DNA of 63,257 nucleotides, counting the filler, from Atractiella rhizophila (taxonomy: Eukaryota), in the NCBI GenBank assembly GCA_021432655.1. It is 9 parts of 7 records of this genome, joined end to end, with 100 filler letters (N's around TTAATTAATTAA, not from the genome) between each part and the next. Parts side by side here need not be neighbours in the genome. Positions count along the whole stretch, not along the records: positions 9,292 to 12,967 come from MU272029.1; positions 13,068 to 24,742 come from MU272030.1; 7 more parts are not named here. The stretch is one strand, 5' to 3'. The notes below the pieces were generated by a model. It saw only the letters and a list, made by a program, of their open reading frames with translations, was not told the origin of the DNA and ran no database searches. The position numbers were made by a program, and so were the translations under genes. Positions 10,888 to 23,565 of this stretch are shown piece by piece. Position 1 is the stretch's first letter. Each line of letters begins with the position of its first letter.

Positions 10888-12925
10888 TCACCACAATCTG
10901 TTTGGTTTGATTAATCGTTAATGAGGTGTAGAGGTAATTGCTCTTACGTATAACCTCCATCAATCACAACATCGCTCCCTGTCATGTACGGACTTCTTCC
11001 GCTTGCAAGGTAGACCATCAGATCACCTACTTCTTTGCTGTCCGCCAACCGCTTCTGCGGTACCAGTTGCTATACCGCTGTCAGGCTCCGGCCAGAAAAC
11101 AGGAATAAAACGAAACGTACTGCCCACTCTGCTTTCAGGTTTTCAACGAGCATGGCAGATTCGATATACCCTGGTGAGACGGTGTTGACGCTGTGACGTA
11201 ACAACAGTCAAACATTCCAGCTACAACTAAGGGAAAACGCACCGAATATCGTGTTCTGCCCACTCGACCGCCAAACTCTTGCATAATTGAATAAGACCTT
11301 TTGTTTTCCTTATTTTCAGAGGACAGAGTAAGGCGAGCGACCAACCTGCTTTAGAAGCATTATAGAAACATTGTCGCTGAGGCTTGTTAACGATCTGAGC
11401 GCTAATAGATGCCGTGGCTAGAACAACTCCAGGTTTTTTACGAGCAATCCAGCATCTGCATCTTACGTCAGGACTATTGAGTATTATGACAAGAGACGAA
11501 CTTTGCGGCTGTCTGTGCAAGCCAAAAGACTCCCAAGAGATTCGTCTCAAAAATCAAGGAGGCGTCGTCTTCGTTCATCTCCAAGGCATCTTTCTAGCCC
11601 ACGCCTCAATCTAATGTAGATGCTACAGAATCAACCTTACGTGGATGCAGGCACCTGCGTTGGCAATCACGATATCAACACCGTCAAAACGTTCATCGAT
11701 CTCTTTGAAAACTTCTCGTATGCGTTTGGGATCACGGCTGTTGAGAGAATATGTGACAATGGATAAGACATCAGGGTACGAGGACTGCAGCGAAGAAGCG
11801 GCTGATTGAGCAGATCCTGGGTCCGAGCTGTAATTATCATTGGTTTGTGACATGAGTGATTCGTTGCAAACTTACTTGTAGGTGAGGATGAGGTTCTGGA
11901 CCCCCGCGGAGCAGAAAGAATTGCATATCGCTAGGCCGATGCCTTTGTTACCTGTGTGGGGTTAAACGAATAAGGATGAGTGGTGTTTCCACGAGCCGCT
12001 TCTAGCTTGACAAACGCCTTAATAGCCCAAGGCCACATCTTGCATATCCTGGAATGACGGTTCGAACCGACAGTTCCTTTGAGCTACTCTTAAGGATGCC
12101 GTAGTGGGGAGGAAGCTTTTGACCTCGTTTTAAGCTTCGAGTGAAGAAGAAGCTTCGGCTCTCGAGTATGGATAAGAAGCAGGACTCATATTATTCATGA
12201 CTCTCATACTAAGCTCAATTTACATGCAACTGTTTCAAAGCCACCTAATTCAGGACATACTTTTCCTAAGACGAGGGAAGAATTGTCTAGCCTTTGCAGA
12301 CCATGACAACCATGTAAACAAAGAAGTGGAGAGAGAATCAGAGGATAACATCCGATCTACCTTCAGTCAGATGACCATGAAATTTGTGTCCGAAGTGCGC
12401 TTTTATTTCCATCCACAATCGTTCACCCGGCTGAAAAATTACAAAATTACTGATACCTGTTGAAAGCAAAGGTTTTCTACCGAAGGAGACCATGTCGATA
12501 AAGCTAGGGTATAAAGGAGAACTTCCTTCCTTTATGCTCAAAACAGGAACGACTGTATTGCCCACGCAGAACAACTTGCATATGGCAATTGTTGCCATCT
12601 ACACGCTGCAGAACACGCAACGTGACAAAGCCAAACCAGAAGGAGATGTGCGAAAGTCTGGATAGAACCGTGCGATCACTCGATAAAGCCATGTCATCCA
12701 ACTCCCACATGTTCATGCTGCCTTGAGGATCCGATCATGAGAAAAGCAAAGCTTCAGAAAGACCGACCATAACCCCAGCCACATCTGAATTGAACAGGGA
12801 GGATGCAGCATGAAAACTTGAAGCTGAACTCACAACAGGGCGAATCTCAGCTGCCCAGGAACACTAAGGAACGTACCTCCAGTAACTAGCACTGTCTTTC
12901 CCTTTAAATCGATCTCGAAAACCAT
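10888..12925 (-). CDS. Short-chain dehydrogenase/reductase (polyol/sorbose-reductase-like) with a 925-nt first intron
   Basis: Exon 1 at 12925-12877 (MVFEIDLKGKTVLVTG) splices to 11951 to rebuild TGGNKGIG; also ANAG, YNASKA (YxxxK), LAVEWA, VNTVSPG, MTGSDVVIDGG; stop at 10888-10890. Confidence 0.87.
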
Positions 12926-13804
12926 TGCTTCAATCAGTAGCCCTTTGTCGCCGTTTCAATCCTAACCNNNNNNNNNNNNNNNNNNNNNNNNNNNNNNNNN
13001 NNNNNNNNNNNTTAATTAATTAANNNNNNNNNNNNNNNNNNNNNNNNNNNNNNNNNNNNNNNNNNNNCGTCAAATCAAAGCATACAATCGTCCGAGTATA
13101 GTTATTCGCTCAAAGTTCCATAGCTACTGTAGGATCAGTTTTGAATCATTTCATGTTCATTGGTATCTATCCGACTGCGAACTCCGGTCGAATTCTTCAT
13201 CTTCTTTCGATTTCCTTTCGACCTTCCAATCACCCCTCCTCTTTTCTCCCTTTATCCGACTAGAACCGAAAGCGCGTGCGCTCATTCGAATTCTCCCGCC
13301 TTCCCGACCCAAGTTTTCAGTAGATCATCATTGAACACGAGTTTGTAGATTGGTTTGGAGAAACAACTTTGGATCAATCGGACTTTCACGCTATAACAGT
13401 TCTTCGTTGGACTTAGGAAAGGGAGAAATATGTGAGTGTTAAAAACGTTCTCTTGTTCGGTCTTGATGGGGTCTCTGTGTCTGTGCGTCCGGTGTCAAAG
13501 CCCAAGGCAAGCTTTCGACTCTCTTCGTTCTTCTTTCTTCCGAAGCCTCAGCCGGGATCTACATCCTGCAAGACTTCGATTCTTTTACCCCTCGCGACTC
13601 ATTTGACAGACTCGCCACTTCCACGTCAACTGGCGTATTTCCGAGTCACGTGTCCTATTTTACGCGGCACGTCATCGGCAACCGCCACCATTCTGGAAGC
13701 CAGTCATCTTCCGCCTGCATCCGCGCACAATATATTCTCCAACCCAATCCGTGTCAGCTTGAAAGCCAAGTTGCCACAAACCACCATCTTACCAGCAAAA
13801 ACAG

Positions 13805-15539
13805 ATGGCGCCTCCTATCGTCAAAGTGACACATTCGCCAGATTCTCCACAATGGCATGACAACCGACCTCAGCACATCCACTTCTCGGATGGGGCCAAT
13901 TACCTTAACGCGTCGGTGACGGATTCGCCCCATTCCTTCGTGGCCTACCAGGAACGCAGCCCCTCACATCGTCGTGGTTCGCATGCCTCTTCATCTGGTT
14001 CTTCCGGTTCCTCTGTCTCCTCCATCGGGTCCCTATCCTCCTTTTCTTCAGGCAGCACCTCTTCATCCCTGTCCTCTGTCAGCTCATTTTCGCCCGCCCG
14101 GGCGAAGGTGGAAGTCAAGATGGACTACATAACGCGTCAAGCTCTCGGTCTAACCACGCCACCCGAATTCCCCTCCCCTGTCCTCGATGCTCCCCCACCG
14201 TCATCCCATCCTCGCCGTCGTTCGATCTCGCGCGAACATCCGCCAAACTTCTATGCTGGGATGCAAGATGCGATGGGATACCCTGTCATGAGCACTGAGG
14301 AAGATGCGGCAAATTTGAACCTTGGACTTCAAAGTGAAGTTAGAGTCGGGGGAAAGGTTTTGGTGGAGGTAGAAATGCGACAAGCGGACGTGGTGGATAA
14401 GATCAATCAGATGCAGGAAAAGAAGAGCAGGAGTAGACAGTCAAGTAATGCATCCGCCACCCTGGAGCAGGTGAAGAAGCTGCGGGAAAGAAGCAGCACT
14501 TTGGAGTCATCGATTCCGGAAGAGAGAGAGGTGAAACATGTAGAAAGCATAGTTCCAGATTCGCCTCCAAGAGCGATCAAGATTGACAAAGATACCTTTG
14601 TCGACGGACTAGTTGGTAAGTTACTCGCAGCTTCTCAAAGACCCGAAAACTGATGGAACCTGGTAAGGCACGACGGTCCTCGCAATTCAGTCTATCTGGC
14701 CAGGAAATGAAAGCTCGAAGCAGGCCTCGCCTACTTCCTCACCCTCATCAGGTTCAGATCCAGTTCTGCCTCTTCGATGGTTCATCAAAGAGGTGCTGCG
14801 AAGATCCAGGACAACATGCTCTGTACTCCAGACCGCTCTCTATTACCTCCACAAATCTCGTCGTTCGATTCGCGACCGAGTCGTCAAGGCGGACAAACCT
14901 CCTATGACTCTCTTGAAGTCTTGAGCTTGACATTTTCTTTTAGGGACCGAGAGATTGATGAAACTTGCGCAAGATCAAGCTTCGAGGCAGTCGACTCCAT
15001 CTAAGGAGATGCCTACTCGAGCTCCTCTTCGTAGGACTCAATCAGATGTTCCAACGGAAACACTACCCAACGACATCCCCATTCGACCTGCTAGCGGCAT
15101 GGCCCAACGCATGCAACCGCTTTCAAAGTCTCATTCCGAGTCTCAACATTGCTCTAAAAACTTTCATCCCATCAATGGAGTCATGAAGACCTCCCCTACC
15201 CGCTCCTCGCAGCTCGCGAGAGAGATGGGTATGGTTACTCCTCCGGAGATGGAGATTGAGGAAGAGGAGCAAACGGACCTGGAGGATGATGATGAGAGAG
15301 GATCGCCGCTGAGGAACCGTCATGCTGCCTTTGCTAGGAGCAACGTTCTACTGAGGAAGGCTTCACAGCTCTCGACGTCTGGATTGAGCGGTTATCGACC
15401 TGGAAGCAGTTCGAATCTACCTGGACATGGCAATGCTATGGACGTGGATTCGCTGCCTAATTCGGGTTCCGCTTATCCTTCGTGTGGGAACAACAAGATT
15501 TCATCATGGGCTTCGAACGTGGGCGAGATGGCTTACTAG
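13805..15539 (+). CDS. Clg1/Pcl/Pho80-type cyclin-like protein; only the first half of the cyclin box is visible
   Basis: After an intron near 14616-14667: FVDGLV..LAIQSIWP..LPLRWFIKEVLRRSRTTCSVLQTALYYLHK; Ser-rich termini. Splice junction near 14890-14950 is ambiguous. Confidence 0.7.
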
Positions 15540-16504
15540 CACGAAGAAGAAGAAGGACATTTTTACGGAACTGGGCCAGCCTATTGGTGTTTTATGCGGA
15601 TAATACGATTATGGAAGAAAAGACGGCGCGAAAAAAACAAGGAAAATTGTCAACCTGTCGAATGTTACCTCCCCTCTCAGCTCTCGAATCTCCTCTTTCA
15701 GTGCTTGGAAGTTTTTTTGTAGCTTTACCCCTCACGATAGTGTTTTTCCCTGTCGTTGTTTGATTACCAACCTTTACCCTACAGCTGCTTCCAGTTTGTC
15801 GTTTGGCATCGCTCAACTTTCTCTCGGTTGTAATTCTTGTCTTCAGCGCTTCAAACCTTCTTCCTTTTTCCGCGACGATCTTTCCGATTCACGACCAACT
15901 TGAACGACTTCCCTGACAAACGATTTCTTTCCTACGCGTTTGAAACTCGGCTACTTAGGCGGTCTTTTAGTGCTTTCGAGTCTTGAAGCCATGATGTAAC
16001 CATTCATATGCATTTGCTTGCTGGTCTATCGGTCTTGCTTGTCATCCAATTTCAATCCTCTCTTCACATGCCCCTTATGGCCCTTTTGCTTTGTTTCTTC
16101 AACTGATAGGATTTCCTATTTGGTTGTTCCCTTCTCATTTACTCTACGCCGAAGGCGATTGGGCTGATACGTACAAGTTCAAGTTGATGGTTTGATCCCC
16201 CCTCTTACTGTCCAAAATTTGTAACGTACGGAATGTTAACTGATAGAATTCCAACTGCGACAGTTTGCCCATTGCTCACCACGATTCTTCTTCTCTATAC
16301 TGTGAGCTCCCATCCAAGAAGACTGAAGGTGAGTAGTATGCGAAGTCAACACTTCAACGTCCAGTCACAAATTGATCACGGGACGACCATTAAACCAGAA
16401 CAGAAATGAACACGATTCTTGCAAGTTGATGTGGTGAAGAGAGATGGGCGGAGAGATGAATATGTTGGAGGACTCGCGATTCCTTTCAGCAACCTAGTGC
16501 GTGT

Positions 16505-16984
16505 TCATGCTAGAGTATCCATTGCTTTCCTCATTGCATCTTTTACTACGTTCATGTAAACCAAGGGTATGGAATGACCCTCCCTTAGCACTACGTTCAC
16601 ATTGTATCCGAATGAGGGCATGTTAACAGATTGTGGTAGTCCACTATGCTCTAACCGTCCATGAAAAGCGAATAATTGAGATGCAAATACTTTTATACTA
16701 CGTTTTTGTGGTGTTGCTCCTGTACCAATCCTTTCGACGACCATTCCAACACAATCCCAATCTTCAGGTTACCTACGTGCCAATAAAGCCCCAATGACCT
16801 CCGAACAGCTGCTCAGAAACACTCGCCATAATATGTAAGTTTGGAACCGGCCACAGTCACGATGCCTCTGCCCAAGAATTTCATGGCTAACTATAGAATG
16901 GATGGAATTCCATTCTTTCAGAATTGTGTCATGCACATGTCTCAAATTTGCAACCTTGTAGTAAGTACCTGATTGCGATACCAC
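16505..16984 (-). pseudogene. Unidentified coding-like fragments (possible small spliced gene or relic)
   Basis: Two adjacent minus-strand ORFs (71 and 79 aa) with protein-like composition; no recognised motif. Confidence 0.25.
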
Positions 16985-17365
16985 TTCACCTCAATTTGAA
17001 TTTCACTGCTCATGAGAACGGCCACGAAAGTCCAAGCCATACTATCTTCATTAACGTTCATATGCATTACAACAAGCATGAGTCTTTCTTTGCCACGTAC
17101 AGATTGTGAGGACATGATTGGACGGAGTTATTTGTAGTTAATCATGAAATCAAGAATTAGGCCGACTGGCCCTTTTGATACATGAATAGAACACAAGGAA
17201 CAAGGTACACATAGGCAGAAGGAGAAACTCGAAGAATCTATCAGGACGATGCAGGCACATATATGAGGGGAGGATTTGCACAAAGTCATTATTTATTTGG
17301 AATGGCAGGAATTAAACTGATAGCTCGAGCATGATTGTGAAGTTTTGAACAAATCAGCGCAAAAA

Positions 17366-18947
17366 TTAACGAAGTGCAGGGCGACTTTCGACGTATTGAT
17401 ATGAGGGAGGTGTTTGGAACTCGCTTGCCTGATATTGGTACGGAGAGAGGCATTGTACACGGGACTGAGATGTAGGCTGAGTGGTAGATTGCGTGTATCC
17501 AGTTTGCGACGGGTACGACGTAGGCAGCAGCCAGTTAGAAGAATCTAGAATGCGCGCAGTGGTTTGAGGCTGTCGCTGCATTTGTGCAGTATCGGATTCA
17601 GTCATATGGGGAGCCTTTCGACCCATCAGTGAGGTGCTCTCAAGACGTGCAAGGATCTGCTTACGCGACTTGAAGCTCTGTCACGGCGCGGACCACGGAT
17701 TTCCAGACCACATAATCGACGGAGAGGATGGTCAGCAATGCTTCTGCACTCTGCAAGGTGTTTCTTGAGCACTGAAGGCCGTTTGAACTTGTCTTTTCCG
17801 CTCGTCCCCAAGGTGTAAAAGGAGAATGCACCGCACGGACACTCTCCAAACCATTCCACCTGTGCTCTGTGGTTCCTATTCTCAGCAAACGTTCGTCTGC
17901 AAATAGACGACCACGTACCTCAGCCAAACATTGGCAGCGCTCCTAACGCTGAAAGGGAAAACCTCCTTGCCTTCTTCCACAAACACCCTAATATATTCGT
18001 GCGGTTCAAAGACGACGAAGTTCTCTGCTCGTTCCGTATGCAAGTCTCGGGGTTTCGAAAGCGAGCCATACTTCAAATGCCCAGCTAAGGATCGGCCAAC
18101 AGTTGGGTCCCAGAGTACGATGAGGCGCTGGCTCGCTGGCTCCGTGGTGAAATCTTGAATGGATTGATGAGGCGATATGGAATATGAATGATGGATAGGA
18201 GATGGTTTCTCATCGAAGGGGGAATGACAGTTAGACTCTGTTGCTATCGGACATTCTGATGATATTGTTAAAACCTATCGAGGAAACTGATGACAAAATC
18301 AGACCATTTGCAAGCTCATTGGCAATTTCGCTAAAGACGACACGTCCTGCTGCTGAGTGTTCGAAACGGTTGCGAAAGTCTGCCCACGAAACGTGGACCC
18401 ACGCTCCAGTCGTTGCCTTGACTAAAAACGTTCCGTTCTCCTCAGGCCATTCTGGCGAATTTTCTTCCTCTAGTTGCTTTATAGGAGGAGATAAGGTGAT
18501 TGGCGTAGCAGTGGTTCGAGGGAGCTTCTTGCTGGGAATCACGCAATTAAACAGTGCCCCAAAGTTCGCTGGGCTTCTTGGTTCTTGCGCTTGGCGAAGA
18601 TTGCTTGTTTCAAAACATCCTTGTGGAAAGGAAAGAGTAGAAGAGAGCTGCGCAGCCATTGACAACCGTTGCTGGAGCGTTCAGCTCCTCTCCCTTTTGA
18701 GCTCGCCAGGTTGTAAACTCTCCCGTTTGAGATTACGCTCCATGGCAACGTCACAACCGAAGGGAACGACAAAGACGCAAACGAGGACGAGGGCTACTCG
18801 TAAGGCACGAAGGTAGGGGTTATTTTTCTCACATGACCCGCAGTTGTCACACATCCAACGGGGCAGGTCGTTCTCCTCGTTCAACTGAAAATGGGGTTCG
18901 TTCACTTGTTCTTTTGCCTTAGTTTGTGGTGTCCCTGACATTGACAC
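17366..18947 (-). CDS. Putative multi-exon orphan gene or TE-derived relic with Cys/His motifs
   Basis: Chain of minus-strand ORFs including WMCDNCGSC and WFGECPCG..SVLKKHLAEC (zinc-finger-like). Exon boundaries not resolved. Confidence 0.35.
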
Positions 18948-20529
18948 ATTCTGCCAAACAAGATCTCTCAGGTGGCTCCCTGTGACCTGCCTGTAACATG
19001 GCCATTTTATCTTGGATTTGGATCACGAAATTTGATTTGGATCACGAATTTCTCCGTTCCACTGTGCGTTCGGTGTTGAGAAGACTCGTTCGTCTCGTCC
19101 TTGGCGTGACAGTCGTTCGTTCGTCTCGTTCTCGTGCATTTGATCTGTTTTTAAGGGCATAGTCTGCAGGATGAGGCACCCCTGATGGCAAGAAAGTAAC
19201 CGGATTTTTTCCTTGTTGTACGTTCTTCTCCCACAATCGTCAGAAAGCAGGAAATCATGATTGCAGAAGTCTCTTTGGTTTCGGCTGTTTGGACTTGTCT
19301 CTCTGTGATTGTGAGTTTTTAACCTTAAACTTTCACGATCGTGGCACGTGACACGTGCGCCTCAGCTTTTGGATGATTCTCGACATCAACCAATTTGTTT
19401 CGGGAAGTGACAACAACAATGAAAGCAAATTCTCCTCGAAATGGTCCAAGGCACACTACCGCGAAACCATATCAAGATGCTGCTCAACGTCATAAGGCGA
19501 AGAGGAGAAATTCCAGTCCGTCACGTCACAACAGTCTTCCCTTTGTTTTTGACCAGTTTTAAAGATGGGGAACCCATCGCCGAATTCGCCAAATTGAACT
19601 TGCGCGAAACATCAAAGAACACTGCTAAAGGCAGTGACATTGTTCCAGAACGACCTCCGAGCCCCAGAGCATCTTCCTTGTGGCCTTCTGCTGAAGGCGT
19701 ACATGTGAAACTGGGTTTGGCGCATCTGTTCTGCGTGGACCCCTACTGAAGGAGACTAGGAGAGAACTGGACCCTACTGAGATGGGAGGACTTGCAGGCG
19801 TTTCTTCTCAATCCTGTGAACACGATGTCCCTCCCTCAGGACGACATCGTAAGGAGGACAGCTGATTTCCTTAGGGGTTCGTGCTTTGCGATGACCTGAC
19901 ATGACGTTGATGCTGTGAGCAGAAGAAGCGAACAAGACTAACGGTACTTCTGCCACTGGAACTAAACATGATCCCAGAAAGTAAGTTCCTGATCTTTGCC
20001 CCAATGATTATTCATCTCTCCTTCAGATGCTGACGCGATCGGAAAAAACAACACTCCAAATCGCAAATTGTGTTCGGGAAAGAGAAGACTACCTTGACAT
20101 CAACTTCTGCTATCATTCTGTCTGCTTTTGAATCCTCAGTCTCGTTTGACCTGCTTGGATCACGAAATTTGGCACGACAAATCGAAATTCAAGCACTTCC
20201 GTGTAGTGCCCTCTTTCTGCTTTATGTCCACTTGTTTTCAGGATCACCATGAATTCTTGTTTGTTTTCGACTGACACAGGGAAGGAGGAGGTAGGAGCAG
20301 TGAATGACTTTCTAGAAAAAAAAATTTGAAAACCGCTCAGAGCAAATTGAAACTGCTTACAAGCAACATAATTGGCCCTCGGATTTTTGATTTGCTTCGT
20401 ATTAGTCTCTCCAAATCAGTATGTAGTATCAGTAAATCACAAAAAAATTTAACACCCAGTGAAGAGGCACGAATGAGCAAGGTTAAATTTGATCCTTATT
20501 GCTACAGTTTCGTTCTCTAACACCAGCCA

Positions 20530-23312
20530 TCACAGATATTTCTGCACAATCACTGCCCCAAGAAGGTTAGCATCTTTCAATGTCTGAGATTCGTCCTCGA
20601 AAGTCTTCTGAGGGAAGGCTGTCATCAGAGCCCATTCCCGGCTCGTGGAAGTCGGTCTGGACCTGTTCACTCCGCATCAGATTTGCGAATAAAAAAAGTC
20701 CAAGTTCGTACGCTCTAATATAACTTCTGACGTCTCTTATGGTGTGGGTGTGATTGAAGCGGCCAACGAGTCTGCAAACGACATTAGCCTTTGTCACAGA
20801 AATGGAAGAGGCGACAAACCGGTCACCATCACCAAGCCTGATCTGAAGACTGGTCGTCGGTTCACCCTCTCTCACTTGGAACACCGGTGTTTGACTCCCT
20901 GGCGGCCTAGTCTCTGAGCTTCCGCGCTCGGATGTAGCTGTTGTTCCAGGAACGGGACTTCCGAGTCGATTCCCACTCCCACTGAAAGGTTTAAGGACCT
21001 TTGGAGGGGGGATGTAGTTTTCGGTTGTTCGGCGAGTGACCCGTAGCTCCACAGGTTGATTGTATGCGACATTGAGAAGGGAGAGAGGGGCTCGACTGCA
21101 ACGGACTATTAGCTATGATGTAAAAGTCCTAAAACGCATACCCTTCTTGAATGGCTTGTAATACAGCTTGATTTTCTTCATATTTCATCAAAGGTCCATC
21201 TTCGATCGAGAATCCGTCTTTCCAGAACGTGAGGTGCCGCACGACGGTTTCCTCGTCGCTCGACTGTCGAGAGGATTCGCCCGCTCCAGGTAAAGATCCA
21301 GGCATCGTTGCAGATGGTCCAGCTGAAGAGGTGGAGGGTGGATCGTCCTCACTCCCAAGGCGATAACCTGAAGAAAAAGCATAAACCATCCGTCTCTGTC
21401 GCACAAGGCCAACACTTACCTGCTCCTCCCCAATTACTTGCGCCAGTACCGCTACCTCCGGTATTTATCGCCCTTCCCGCACCAGGCTCACTTGGAGGTC
21501 TGGCGGCTCCTTCAGTTTTAGCTTGATGTAAAATCTTCTTCACCAGTTCGTTGTCGTCTCCGCGCCTGCGAGCGTTTGGGTTTTGCACAGATAGACCAGA
21601 CTTCTCTCCTCCCGCAAAAAGGTTTGGGGGATCGTCTCCCTCGCTATCACTATCATCATCTTCGGGAGGGCGGTGCGGAGCCGAGTGTCCGCCAGATGAA
21701 AGTGAGCCAAAGGTCGCAATCCGAGCGCCGGATGATGATGATGCACTGTCAAGGGAAAGGTCAGATAGGCCTTCACTTCGGTAGAACCGCATAATCTAAT
21801 AACATGAAGCCAAAGAGAACTCATTATGTGAAATAAACTAGTAGCAATGCAAACATCTTGGTCGCAAGCTGTTTTGGTCAAGGTTAAAGTTTGCTTCTCC
21901 AATCATACGCTTCCCAGCATCTTAGAACTAAATGGGTTGGTTACTCAACCGCTAGATGAAAAAATTTGTAAGGCAGCCAAAAGGTCGCTTATAACATAAT
22001 CATAATTGGTGTTTCCACACACAGCGCTTCGCTGCAAGACGTGCAGCCAAAATGCTTCACGAAGGAAGGTTTTTCCTCAGAAACGGTGTGGTTCTTTCTA
22101 AATTGATGGGCCGCAACCCGCCGCATGCTGATTTTCTCGTCTTCAGCTTCAGATCGGTCGCAGAAGACAATCGACGCCGGACCAAGCCAATTACAGGAAA
22201 TGATGGTGAAGTTGCCGGTCACGGAACTAGAACCGTTCTTGCTTTTGTCCTCAGCCGCCGCTTCGGTAAACATTATGAGGATGGTCTAAAGAAGATATTT
22301 CTTTCCCGCCAAAAAATAACTTCAACGGATGAGAGTAAGACCTCGCTCACTCCGTGGGGCATCCCTAGCACGACAGACAAAGTCTCTATCACGTTGAGGA
22401 TGAGAAGGACGAAGGAAGGCGCTGATGTCTTCCGATCGCTTTGGCGCGTTTCCACAAAAACAAACGACGGTGATCCACTCCAATGGTTTTTAAGTCGCCG
22501 TAGTAAAAGCAGTTGTCTTATCGCTGTCATCAGGCGAAAAGCAGAAATGCACTTTGTGAAAAGAGCCAGAAGAGCTGGATTTTCACATACCGCCTCCACA
22601 TTCAGCGTCTGTCAACCCTCAGGTTTTGTCAGACGAAAAATTACACCTTAATCAGGCATAAAACATCCTGAAAGGTGTTATGCGGGACGTACGAAGACTT
22701 TCATAAATTTCTCAATCTCTGACAGAAACGGGAGGTACCCGATTGAAAGCAACATATGGGTAAGGCACAATCATTCCGCCTAGAAGAAACAGAGGCATTC
22801 GAGCGAATCAAGGTAGATGAAGCCAGTAGATTTGGCAGAATAACAAGGCGGGCCCTCGTCTGCCCTTGCAGGAACGAGGGTCAGGAGAATCGATAATTGC
22901 CATTCTGTGCTGCATACACATTTATTCGGCTGAGCTCACGGAGGACAGTCAAGGTCCGCACCGCACCGCTCCAAAGCATTCAAGACGAAGAGGACACACA
23001 CCCTTTCTTCTTTTCCCCCTTCTCCTCAGCCCTACTTGCTTCCACTTCCAAGGGCACCGCCTTCCTTCCATCCAAGGTATAAACCCATCTCATCCCCTCT
23101 GGTGGCTCTTCCTCATTGCCATTTCCTCCTTCAGCGATCCCAGCACTATTACTGAGATCTTCATTGAGATCAGCCCCCTCTTGACCTCCACTCTCATAGA
23201 AGGCCTGGACAGCCCGTTCGAAGTTGCCGTTTGCGGAGGAGAGGAAGAATTCAGCTTGTGAGCGCGTGGAGGACGTAAGCGCCATAAATTCGGTTAGTTT
23301 GTCGTCTCCCAT
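20530..23312 (-). CDS. SHP1: p47/Shp1 Cdc48 cofactor (UBA-like + SEP + UBX) with a 1256-nt first intron
   Basis: Exon 1 at 23312-23002 ([34 protein letters not shown]); [29 protein letters not shown] (SEP); [10 protein letters not shown] (SHP box); [22 protein letters not shown] (UBX); stop at 20530-20532. Confidence 0.92.
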
Positions 23313-23565
23313 TTCGTCGATTTGAGGATGGGTACGCAGGAGATGTTGGACGTTGGAGATGGGATTGCGCGTCAAAGGAGACAAAGGACAGATAGAGTTT
23401 ACCAGATGACGCGTACTTGCCTTTTCTGGAATATATAATCCGACCGCCAAACATGGCTCTCGTTCTCTTCGATGTTTGTAGAACTTCATGACTACTTGAC
23501 CATCGCATTAATTTCTCAACTTGGAGACGCAATAGTCCTTTCAAGATACCTCACCCATACTCAAA

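Noticed and set aside
9292..12925. ADH + SDR as a metabolic gene cluster
   Set aside because: Only two convergent genes on a 3.7-kb contig; no pathway evidence.
13432..13860. 142-aa upstream ORF overlapping the cyclin start
   Set aside because: Starts at GTG, not ATG; no recognisable motif; probably leader or promoter sequence.
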